DNA of 64,000 bases. Origin: Isurus oxyrinchus. Lineage: Eukaryota. Location of the stretch: contig JANJGN010000326.1 in NCBI GenBank assembly GCA_026770705.1, positions 496,001 through 560,000 of the forward strand, in the 5' to 3' direction. Below are positions 1 to 11,000 of this stretch, piece after piece (the first letter of the stretch is position 1; each line of letters begins with the position of its first letter). Position numbers and translations under genes: made by a program. The notes beneath the pieces are model-generated. The model had not been told where the DNA came from. It was given only the letters and a program-made list of their open reading frames with translations, and searched no databases.

Positions 1-39
1 GCATTTCAAATCCGCTTGCTCCAGACGTAAATCACGTCT

Positions 40-330
40 GACTTCACGCTCTGCGCACTTATCAAGCTCACAATGATTGACGGCAGCTCCGAACCAATAG
101 GGACAGGGGGCGGGCCTGGAGGAACGAGACGGAGAGGCTGGTCCTCCAGCCAATCGGAATGAATGAGGGGCGTGGTGGACTTGAATTGGAGCATGCGCAT
201 TGGGGGTGAGGATCGGGATGAAGGGTCAGGTTGAGAATCCAGCTGGTGAGAAAGGGCGGAGTGCAGGAGAGGAATGGAGCCGGAGGGTGGACTGGGAGGG
301 TTCACAAACACCCGGTGTAGGACTCCACAC
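40..330 (+). promoter_or_regulatory. GC-rich promoter of a C2H2-ZNF-type gene (CCAAT boxes, GC boxes, NRF1-like site)
   Basis: CCAAT at 94-98 and 150-154, GGGCGG boxes near 108 and 254, GCATGCGCA at 191-199; lies just upstream of a ZNF-type exon start. Confidence 0.5.
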
Positions 331-503
331 CCGGATTAGAAACTCCCGGAGCCGAGTTTACACCAGGTGTCTGGAAACTCCTTTTCCAGAGGGTTAGAAG
401 GGGAGGAATTACACACAGCAAACTCAAACCCAGAGAAATAATTGTCTCCTCAATTTCTATCCTGGACCGACAGGGATGGGTTTTTTAAATCTCCTTTTTA
501 CAG

Positions 504-648
504 GATTTTCACTGGGAAGGATTTACAAACGGGGAAACTCAAACCAAACATCACATCAAGATCTGACAGAGTCACTTGAGTCATCAGGATCTAAATGACT
601 TTGACTGTGGAAGGAAAAAGGTTTGTCTGTTCCGTTTGTGGGAAAAGC
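504..648 (+). pseudogene. Truncated first part of a C2H2 zinc-finger exon
   Basis: Acceptor ctcctttttacag (ends 503), then the same aaaccaaacatcacatca.gatctga leader seen at the start of the large ZNF exon (~14040-14100, - strand); reads ..EGKRFVCSVCGK then breaks off into repeats. Confidence 0.6.
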
Positions 649-756
649 ACCAAATATTTCAAAATCCTGATTAGACTGCACCTAAACCACTGTCATAAAA
701 ATTGAAAATGCTGGAAGTGCTCAGCAGGTCTGGCAGCATCTGTGGAAAGAAACATA

Positions 757-793
757 GTTAACGTTTCAGATCAGCATGACCTTTCATCAGAAC
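757..793 (-). ncRNA. Minimal type I hammerhead ribozyme motif in a Penelope-like pLTR fragment
   Basis: Minus strand reads GTT-CTGATGA-A-AGGTC-ATGCT-GATCT-GAAA-CGTT-AAC: canonical core, stem II, palindromic stem III, stem I GTT/AAC. Confidence 0.6.
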
Positions 794-797
794 AGGA

Positions 798-2105
798 ATA
801 CAGTGTTCAGTTCTGGGCAGCACCTTAGGAAGGATTAACTATATTGGCCTTAGTGGGAGAGCATTGCAGATGTACCTGAATAACACCTGGATTCCAACGG
901 TTAACTTATGAGGAGAGGTCAAACAAATGCTTCAGAGTCATTGCAGCACAGAAAGAGACCTTCAGCCCATCGAGTCCATGCCATGTGTCTGTCGAGCAAC
1001 CCAGTCTGTCTCATTGGCCCATGGTGTATTCAAACCTCGGCACATTTATTTCTCTTAAATGCTGGTCCAATTTAATTTTAAATCATTGATCATGTCTGAT
1101 TCCAGCCTCCTCGTAGGTAGTGAATTCTGGGTTATTACCAATTGTTGTGTAAAATGTTCCTCCCTGCATTTGCCCTGTATCTGTTGCCCATAACCTTCAG
1201 TCAGTGTCCTTCTAATCCTTGTATCATCACCTAGTGGATACAACTTTCTCTTTGTCCATCTTATCTAAACCTGTCACAATCTTGTCCACCTCTATCAAAT
1301 CTCCTCTCAACTCCATTATTCCAAGAACAACTCCAGCTTCTCCAATCTAACCTTGTAACTAAATTCCTGTTTTTCTGGAACCATTCTGGCAAATCTCCTC
1401 TCGCAGCCTCTCGAGGACCCTCACATCTTTCCTAAAGTGTAGAGACCAAAACTGGATGCAGTCCTTCTGTTGTGACCTAACCAGAGCTTTATAACGGGTC
1501 ATCTTATTTTTCCCTGCTTTTATGCATGTTAAATCTGCTTATGAAGTCCACGATCCCAGATATTTTGCTAACTGCTCTCTCAATATGTCCTGTCACCTTC
1601 AAATGTCTGTGCAGGTCAACCCCCAGGTCCCCCTGTCCCTGCACACTCTTTGGGGCTGTACCATTAAGTATCTATTGCCTCTCCCTATTCCTTCTGCCAG
1701 TATTCATCATCTCACTGTGAGGGTTGCATTCCCTGGAATTTAGAAGATTGAGGAGGATTTTCTCGAAGGTTTCATGATATTAATTGGAAATGGTGTGGTA
1801 GATAGAGAGGAACTATTTCCATTGGTTGGGGGATCCAGGACTGAGGAACACAGTCTACAAATTAGAGCCAGACGTTTCAGGAATGAGATTAGGAAAATCT
1901 TCTCCAGGTAAAGTTGGGAGAAGTTTGGAATTCTCTTCCTGAATTAGCAGTACATGTTTGATCAATATTCAGTTTCAATCTGACATTGATAGATCTTTGC
2001 TAACCCAAGGTATAAATTAAGGCACATGAGACAAAGGGTCACAGATCAGCCGTGATCTGATTGCATGGAGGGATAGGCTCACGGGGCTAAATGGCCAACT
2101 CCTGG
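798..2105. mobile_element. Cluster of CR1-type LINE 3' fragments (both orientations)
   Basis: Typical CR1 3' motifs: gtgttcagttctgg..ttaggaaggat, ttatgaggagagg, antisense cagaactgga/aatctcctc, and aaatggcc..ctcctg ends. Confidence 0.6.
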
Positions 2106-2247
2106 AATCATAGAAACTTAGAGCACAGAAGGAGGCCATTCAACCCTTTGTGCTTGTGCTGTCTCTTTGAAAGAGCAGTTGTGTTTAGTCCCTGTTCGTA
2201 ACCCTGTAAGTTCCTCAATCTCAATCCCAGTCAACTCCCTTTTAAAC

Positions 2248-2780
2248 TAAAACAAAAACAGAATTACCTGGAAAAACCCAGCAGGTCTGGCAGCATCGGC
2301 GGAGAAGAAAAGAGTTGACGTTTCGAGTCCTCATGACCCTTCGACAGAACTTCATTATCCAGAACTTCAGAACTTTTATCCCTTTTAAACTCCCTGATAG
2401 AATCAGGTTTCAGCACCTTTTCAGGTAGAATGTTCCAGATCCTGACAACTCTCTGTTGGTGCAGAAACTGCTGAACTCGATGTTGAGTCCAGAAGGTTGT
2501 AAAGTGCCAAATCAAAAGATGAGCTGCTGTTCCTCAAGCTCCCATGGAGCTTCATTGGAACAGTTCAGGAGGCCGAGGACAGAGAGGTCAGAGTGGGAGT
2601 GGGGCGGAGAATTAAAACGACAAGTGACCGGAAGCTCAGGGTCAAGCTCACAGACTGAACGGAGGTTGTTCCACAAAGTCATTACCCAATCTGTGTTTGG
2701 TCTCCTCAGTGTAGAGCAGATCGCATCATGAGCAGTGAATACAGTAACTAAACTGCAAGAAGTACAAATAAATCACTGTT
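2248..2780 (-). mobile_element. Penelope-like element 3' fragments (pLTR plus GIY-YIG remnant)
   Basis: 2248-2352 near-identical to pLTR at 17985-18082; 2465-2780 homologous to the GIY-YIG region at 15120-15430. Confidence 0.75.
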
Positions 2781-2862
2781 AGGTTTCATCTTGCACAACC
2801 TTGAAAATAGCCTGAATAAAGATACTTCACCTGAAGAGTAAAAGTTAAAAAATAATTACACC

Positions 2863-3071
2863 GTCTATCTTCAGGGTGTAATCTAACAACAGCACCTTGT
2901 ATTTACAGGAAGGGTTGTGGGGCTGGAAGAGTTTACAGAGATACTGAGAATCCGGTTGACATTGTCTATCTTAGGGTGTAATCCAACAACAGCACCTTGT
3001 ATTTACACAGAGGGTTGTGGGGCTGGAGGAGGTTACAGAGATACTGAGGATCCGGTTGACATTGTCTATCT
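2863..3071. repeat. Tandem duplication, ~100-bp unit x2
   Basis: gtctatct..gggtgtaatc.aacaacagcaccttgtatttaca..tccggttgacatt starts at 2863 and 2964, partial third start at 3064. Confidence 0.9.
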
Positions 3072-3332
3072 CACTGGTGTCAAATTCAATTTCCGTGGTA
3101 GCTCTGTCCAATATCCTAACACTGGGCGAGGGCCACATTCAACAGAAGATATAAAAATGCAACTGGATACAGAAACTATATCAGTATTTACAGACACCTC
3201 GATTTTATTTACTCATCCTGCTGCTACCAATACTTGGCACCTCTTAGCTTCATCCATCACATCAACACTTGGAGCAAATGACTGAGCTGTGGTCTGTCTC
3301 GGGTAAAAACACAAGGACCACTTGTCACCACA

Positions 3333-3900
3333 GAATCATAGAAATTTAGAGCACAGAGGAGGCCATTCAGCCCATCATGTGTCTACCAGCCGAAAATGAG
3401 CAATCCAGTCTAATCCTGCTTCCAGCTCTTGGTCCGTAATCCTGTAGGTTACAGCACATCCAGTGTATATCCCAGTACCTTTTAAATCTGTGTATTTCTG
3501 CCCCTATCAGCCTTTCAGTCAGTAAGTTCCAAGACCCATCACCCTCTGAGTAAAGGCATTATTGAACTCCACTCTAATCTTCCACCAATTACTTTCAATC
3601 TCTGTCCTCTTGGTTCTGACCACTCTGTAAATGAAATAGATCCTTCTTATCCACTCCACCTGGGATCCTCATAATTTTATATACCTCAGTTAAATCTCCT
3701 CTCTTCCTCCCCTGTCCCAAAGAAAACAGCCCCAGCTGATCCGATCTTACCTCAGAGTTAAAATTCTCCAGTCCTGGCAACGTACAGATAAATCTCTTCT
3801 GTGCCCTCTCCTGTGTGATCACATCCTTCCTGTAATTTGCTGACTAGAACTGGACTCAGTACTCTAGCTGTGCTCTAACTAGTGTTTTTTATAGCTCTCG
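3333..3900 (-). mobile_element. CR1-type LINE 3' fragment
   Basis: Minus ORF ERAQKRFICTLPGLENFNSEVRSDQLGLFSLGQGRKRGDLTEVYKIM is the CR1 ORF2 C-terminal motif. Confidence 0.8.
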
Positions 3901-4517
3901 AATAACTGCTCTCTCACCTTCCATTAACTTCAATGTGATGGAGTCTGACAGCTGGAATTTGTCAACATTTGAAAAATATTTACAAATGATTCGAGGGTTT
4001 CTTACAGTTGGAATCTTTCTCTGTTCTGTCCACTCAAGGTATTAGAAAGCAGGCTTTCTCCTGTGAACATTGAGCTGGACAATTGGTGTTCCCTTGTTCA
4101 TCTTGTTGACTCTAAATGTTGAATCTTGTGGTTTGTGACACCAGATAATCAATCTCACAACAAAAGATTGTCTCACACTGATTTTACTAACAGCACTGCA
4201 ATAATACAGACAAGTATCGTCCCCTGATCTGGAGAACAGGGATAATATTGTGATAAACTCATTGTTCGATTGTGTCCAAACTGTAAATGATTTAATCATT
4301 TTCTGTGGATCCTGTCCTGACTGAAGAGTTCGGTGTGGGATTGACATGAACGCCCACAGAACTGGCCGTTCATATTGTTGTTGGTGGTGCTTGGGTGAAC
4401 TTCTGCATCTGTACCACCTCTGACCTTCCTCTGGGCATTTCAGATGTTGAGTGTGATGTAGATGGTCCTCAAAACACGCTGAATAAAATTTCAGTGCTTG
4501 CCTCCACTTCTACACTC

Positions 4518-5065
4518 ATAGGTGTTTACAGCACAGGAGAAGGCCATTCAGGCCGTTGTGCCCATGCTGCTCACAAAGATCTGATTACACCAATCCCATT
4601 TTCCAGCGCTTGGCCCAAAGCCCTGGAGGCTAAAGCAATGCAAGTGAATATCTAAACGATTCTTAAATGTTACAAGCGTTTCTGACTCAACCACCCTTTC
4701 AGGCCGCGAGTTCCAGGCTCCCAACACCCTCTGGGTGAAAAAAATCAATTCTCCTTATCTCCCCTCTTAGCCTTCTACCTCTTACCTTAAATCTATGCCC
4801 CCATCTACCCCCCCCTGCCCTCCCCCTCCTAGTTAATTGACCCCTCTTCTAATGGAAAAAGTGCCTTCCTATCCACCCTACTATGCTCCTCATCTTATAC
4901 CAGATCTATCAGGTCCCTTTTGCTACTCGAAGGAAATAAAACCCAGCCTATCCAATCTTTCCTCATTGCTAAGACACTCCAGCCCGGGCTGTCTCCTGGT
5001 AAATCTCCTCTGCACCCTCTCCAGTGCTATCACATCCTTCCTATGATATGGTGACCAGAACTCAG
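4518..5065 (-). mobile_element. CR1-type LINE 3' fragment
   Basis: Minus ORFs FWSPYHRKDVIALERVQRRFTR..ERLDRLG and FFTQRVLGAWNSRPERVVESETLVTFK. Confidence 0.85.
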
Positions 5066-5500
5066 CCGGTTGACTGCAGTGTTTTCCCAGGAGAGGTGGT
5101 CTGCAATGCAGAAGTTTGTGAGGCTCATTTTTAGGGTGTCCTTGTATCGGTTGTACTGACCACCTTGATGCTGTTTGTCTTCTGACAGTTCTCCATGGAA
5201 GATCAGCTTGGGAATTCTGTGATTGTCCATGTGGGAAACATGGCCTGGCCATCGGAGCTGAATTTTCTGGAGGGTGGTCTCCAAGCTGTTGAACCCAGCG
5301 TGATGGAGAACCTCATTATTTGTGATTTTTGTCCTGCCATCTAATTCTCAGGATGGACCTCGGGTGTCTTTGCTGGAAGTGTTCCAGAGCTTTAATGTGG
5401 CTGCAAGAGCAGGCCCAGGATTCTGCTCCATACAGCAAGGTGCTCAGGACAATGGCCTGGTAAAGTTTGATTTTAGTTTTAATGCCATGTTGCTTCCAGA
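5066..5500 (-). mobile_element. RTE-clade LINE fragment
   Basis: QLRWPGHVSHMDNHRIPKLIFHGELSE..GGQYNRYKDTLK matches the RTE ORF C-terminal signature (LRWxGHVxRM..R.PK..GEL). Confidence 0.75.
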
Positions 5501-5759
5501 CAGAAATAATACTGTAGATTTTGAGCTAGATCACAAAGGGGATATACAGCACAGAATCAGGTCATTCTGCCCAATCAGTCTATGCTGGTGTTTACACTCC
5601 ACTCGAGCCTTCTCCCATCTTTTTTCATCTACATCTACAAATGTAACCATCTATTCCCTTCTTCCTCATAGACCTGTCTATTTTCCCCTGAAATGCATCG
5701 ATTTTATTCAATTCCTGATTTGAATTCTATGCAATTCACTCCCGCCCCTCCCCAATTTC

Positions 5760-6740
5760 AGGTTGAAAGTGGTGATCCATAAGGATCAGTGCTGGGTCCA
5801 CTGTTAGTTATAATGTACATTCATGATTGGGACTCAATGTGACATTTTAGCTGAAACCAAACTGGAGGCTGTGTATCCAACACCGAGGAAGGATATACAT
5901 AATACAAAACAACATTAGAACACTTGCAATGGTAAATAAACTTTAACATGGATAATGTTCAATGATGTACTTTGGTATGAGAAGTACAAACATCTCCTAC
6001 ACCTTAGAGAAAAAGAAAATGAATGGGGTAGAAAAGCAAGGCAACCTCAGGATATCATGAACAAATAATTTTAAAAATAATGGCAAATCAACAATTCAAC
6101 CACAAATACTCAAAGCACTGGGATTTATTACGAGTACACAATTCAGAAATAGTAAAGCTATGTTCAATGTGTATAGGAGTCAGTGCGCAGCTCTGGACTC
6201 TGTATAATCACTGGCGAAAGAGCAATAAACTTTGCAGTGATGATGTACATGATGCAAGGATACATGGCAGACAAGGATGATATCAGAAATGAGAGATTAC
6301 TGTTATTGGGAAAGATTGAACTGGTTGGGGCTTTTCTCTTTTGAAAAGAGAAGATTTAGAGGTGACATAAAGAGGCCTTTTCAATGATGATGGAATGTAT
6401 ATGGTAAATGTGAAGCCAATGTTTCCACTTGTGGGAGAATCAAAACCTAGGGCCGTAAATACAGGATAGTTGCTACTAAATCCAACAGGGAAACGATGGG
6501 AAGTGTCTTTACTCAGAGTAAATGTGAAATGCACTGCCACAGGAAGTGGGTGAGGTGAAATAGCTTCGATGTTTTCAGAAGGAAACGGGATGAGTGAATG
6601 AGAGAAAAGGAATGAGGAGGAGAAGCTGAAAGGCTGGGAGGAGGCAGATGGAATGGAAGGAAACGTGGGTGAAATGTAAACATCAGCACAAACTCGTTGA
6701 ACAAAATGGTCTTATTCCGGACTTTATATTCTCTGTAATT
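5760..6740 (+). mobile_element. Decayed CR1-type LINE RT fragment
   Basis: ggatcagtgctgggtcca (GSVLGP motif), agaagatttagaggtgac (RRLRGD), many stops and indels. Confidence 0.6.
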
Positions 6741-7289
6741 CAATGTAATCTTCTACTGGCTCCTGATCTTCATGTTTCACATCCACGTGAGCCCACATCT
6801 TTCTTAAGTTTCTCTCCAATCTCCCTCCTGCCCTCTCAGGGCTGATCTTGCCCATGGGACCCAAGTCCTGTTCCATCCACCCTTTTCCTACTCAATACTG
6901 AACTTTCTCATGTCCGCTGAATTTGCTAAAAGAACCATCCTCAGTGAAAAGTGGGGTCAAATGAGGCTGTGACATCGCACCAATCCTCTTCTCCATTTTC
7001 CTCTCTGCAGTGCTGCTCATCTCCCCTACTGCACATGCTCAGAGGACAACCCGGTGCCGCACATGCTCACTGGGCTCCTGTGGTCATTGACAGGGCACAT
7101 TCTGTCACGTGGAAAATTATCATCATCCTTGAAAGTCCAATTGGTGAGTGGAAATTTTCATGAACACATTGCGATTGAATTGAATGGCTGTTTCTGTCAT
7201 GTAGTCCTTTACGGCAGAGGTGAATTAATGCTCAGGTCCACACAACTACAGTCAAGGAGATGGATTAGTGATCCAGCTCACAAATCTCC

Positions 7290-7600
7290 CCATCATAAAC
7301 TCTGTTTCTTTCATCACTGACTCCACCCCTCTCCCTGGCCACGGTCTGTGGCTAATCCAGACCAATTGCAGCCTTAGTTTCCTATTAGACCCTAAATTGA
7401 GGGCTGAGTTACTGACTACACATTCTCTCCATGAAGGAGATCACCTCCATCCACCTCTGGAATATCAGTTCTCCGCAACACCCTTTAGTGCATTTCCTGC
7501 TGAAATCCTCATCCATGCCTCTCTTACCTCCAGAGTCGACTATTCCTATGCTCCTCTGGCTGGTCGCCCATCTTCCACCCTTCATAAACCTTCATCCAAC
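7290..7600 (+). mobile_element. L2-like LINE fragment
   Basis: AEILIHASLTSRVDYSYAPLAG resembles the L2 motif LxHAxxxSRLDYCNxLLxG. Confidence 0.6.
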
Positions 7601-8081
7601 ATTCTTCTCACTGCTAGCAGTTTATTGGAAATAGGGTCAATAGAGCAGGTCTCATGGACAAGGTGAGCATTGAGAAGACGGAGGGGGGGAATGGTGTAAT
7701 GGAGAAAAACCTAAAGGAAGGTGTGAGTTCAAGATGAGAGGGCAGATCTTTAGAGACAGTTTGTCCCGGTGGGTTAGTGGAAGGGAGGGAAGCAGCAGAG
7801 GCAGCTGATCAGATTGTCTCAATCTTAGTGACAAAGAAGCTCCATGAGCTCCTCACACTTGTTGTTGGAGGTGAGGATGGAGGAGACAGGGGAGAGGGAG
7901 AGCACTTCGAAGGACACTAACTTGTATCAGAGATACTAAAAAAATCCAATATGCTGTTTAACACAAAACGCTTCAATAACATAAATTACCCCCTATAACT
8001 GGGCTGGGATTTATTAAGATCAACAGAAACCGACCTAATGAACATGCCTCAGTCCTGGACGTGAGTAAGAGAAAAGCCCAA

Positions 8082-11000
8082 TCACTGTAGTTGCTTGTGA
8101 ACACGTTGGTGTCTCAGCACATTGGATGTCTGAGTGAATCCCTACCCACACTTGTAGCAGGTGAACGGCTTCTCCCCAGTGTGAATTCGCTGGTGTTTAG
8201 TGAGATCGGATGACTACCTGAACCCCGACCCGCAGTGTGAGCACCTGAACGGTCTCTCGTCAGTGTGAACACATTCATGGGACATCAGGTACCTGGAATA
8301 TTTAAAACACTTCCCACAATCTGGGCATGTAAAAGGTTTCTTCCCACTGTGAATTCGCTGGTGTCTCAGCAGGTTGGATAACTGAGTGAATCCCTTCCCA
8401 CACTTGGAGCAGGTGAACGGTCTTTCCCCAGTGTGAGTGTGTTGGTGTGTCAACAGGTTGGATAACTGAGTGAATCCCTTCCCGCACTTGGAGCAGGTGA
8501 ACGGTCTTTCCCCAGTGTGAGTGTGTTGGTGTCTCAGCAGGTTGGATAACTGAGTGAATCCCTTCCCGCACTTGGAGCAGGTGAACGGTCTTTCCCCAGT
8601 GTGAGTGTGTTGGTGTGTCAGCAGGTTGGATACACTAATGAATCCCTTCCCACACTTGGGGCAGGTGAAAGGTCTTTCCCCAATGTGAGTGTGTTGGTGT
8701 GTCAGCAGGTTGGATAACTGAGTGAATCCCTTCCCGCACTTGGAGCAGGTGAACGGTCTTTCCCCAGTGTGAGTGTGTTAGTGTGTCAGCAGGTTAGATA
8801 CACTAATGAATCCCTTCCCACTCTTGGGGTAGGTGAACGGTCTTTCCCCAGTGTGAATGTGTTGGTGTGTCAGCAGGTTAGATACACTAATGAATCCCTT
8901 CCCACACTTGGGGCAGGTGAACGGTCTTTCCCCAGTGTGAGTGTGTTGGTGTGTCAGCAGGTTAGATACACTAATGAATCCCTTCCCACACTTGGAGCAG
9001 GTGAACGGTCTTTCCCCAGTGTGAGTGTGTTGGTGTGTCAGCAGGTTAGATACACTAATGAATCCCTTCCTACACTTGGGGCAGGTGAACGGTCTTTCCC
9101 CAGTGTGAGTGTGTTGGTGTGTCAGCAGGTTGGATACCCTAATGAATCCCTTCCCACACTTGGGGCAGGTGAACGGTCTTTCCCCAATGTGAGTGTGTTG
9201 GTGTGTCAGCAGGTTGGATAACTGAGTGAATCCCTTCCCGCACTTGGAGCAGGTGAACGGTCTTTCCCCAATGTGAGTGTGTTGGTGTGTCAGCAGGTTG
9301 GATACACTAATGAATCCCTTCCCACACTTGGGGCAGGTGAAAGGTCTTTCCCCAATGTGAGTGTGTTGGTGTGTCAGCAGGTTGGATAACTGAGTGAATC
9401 CCTTCCCGCACTTGGAGCAGGTGAACGGTCTTTCCCCAGTGTGAGTGTGTTGGTGTGTCAGCAGGTTGGATACACTAATGAATCCCTTCCCACACTTGGG
9501 GCAGGTGAACGGTCTTTCCCCAGTGTGAGTGTGTTGGTGTGTCAGCAGGTTAGATACACTAATGAATCCCTTCCCACTCTTGGGGCAGGTGAACGGTCTT
9601 TCCCCAGTGTGAATGTGTTGGTGTGTCAGCAGGTTAGATACACTAATGAATCCCTTCCCACACTTGGGGCAGGTGAACGGTCTTTCCCCAGTGTGAGTGT
9701 GTTGGTGTGTCAGCAGGTTAGATACACTAATGAATCCCTTCCCACACTTGGGGCAGGTGAACGGTCTTTCCCCAGTGTGAGTGTGTTGGTGTGTCAGCAG
9801 GTTAGATACACTAATGAATCCCTTCCCACACTTGGGGCAGGTGAACGGTCTTTCCCCAGTGTGAGTGTGTTGGTGTGTCAGCAGGTTGGATACCCTAATG
9901 AATCCCTTCCCACACTTGGGGCAGGTGAACGGTCTTTCCCCAGTGTGAGTGTGTTGGTGTGTCAGCAGGTTAGATACACTAATGAATCCCTTCCCACACT
10001 TGGGGCAGGTGAACGGTCTTTCCCCAGTGTGAGTGTGTTGGTGTGTCAGCAGGTTAGATACACTAATGAATCCCTTCCCACACTTGGGGCAGGTGAATGG
10101 TCTTTGCCCAGTGTGAGTGTGTTGGTGTGTCAGCAGGTTAGATACACTAATGAATCCCTTCCCACACTTGGGGCAGGTGAACGGTCTTTCCCCAGTGTGA
10201 GTGTGTTGGTGTTTCAGCAGGTTAGATACAAAAATGAATCCCTTCCCACACTTGGGGCAGGTGAACGGTCTTTCCCCAGTGTGAGTGTGTTGGTGTGTCA
10301 GCAGGTTAGATACACTAATGAATCCCTTCCCACACTTGGGGCAGGTGAACGGTCTTCCCCAGTGTGAGTGTGTTGGTGTGTCAGCAGGTTGGATACACTA
10401 ATGAATCCCTTCCCACACTTGGGGCAGGTGAACGGTCTTTCCCCAGTGTGTGTGTGTTGGTGTGTCAGCAGGTTAGATACACTAATGAATCCCTTCCCAC
10501 GCTTGGGGCAGGTGAACGGTCTTTCCCCAGTGTGAATGTGTTGGTGTGTCAGCAGGTTGGATACACTAATGAATCCCTTCCCACACTTGGGGCAGGTGAA
10601 CGGTCTTTCCGCAGTGTGAGTGTGTTGGTGTGTCAGCAGGTTAGATACACTAATGAATCCCTTCCCACACTTGGGGCAGGTGAACGGTCTTTCCCCAGTG
10701 TGAGTGTGTTGGTGTGTCAGCAGGTTAGATACACTAATGAATCCCTTCCCACACTTGGGGCAGGTGAACGGTCTTTCCCCAATGTGAGTGTGTTGCTCTG
10801 TCAGCAGGTTGGATAACTGAGTGAATCCCTTCCCGCACTTGGAGCAGGTGAACGGTCTTTCCCCAGTGTGAGTGTGTTGGTGTGTCAGCAGGTTGGATAC
10901 ACTAATGAATCCCTTCCCACACTTGGGGCAGGTGAACGGTCTTTCCCCAGTGTGAGTGTGTTGGTGTGTCAGCAGGTTAGATACACTAATGAATCCCTTC

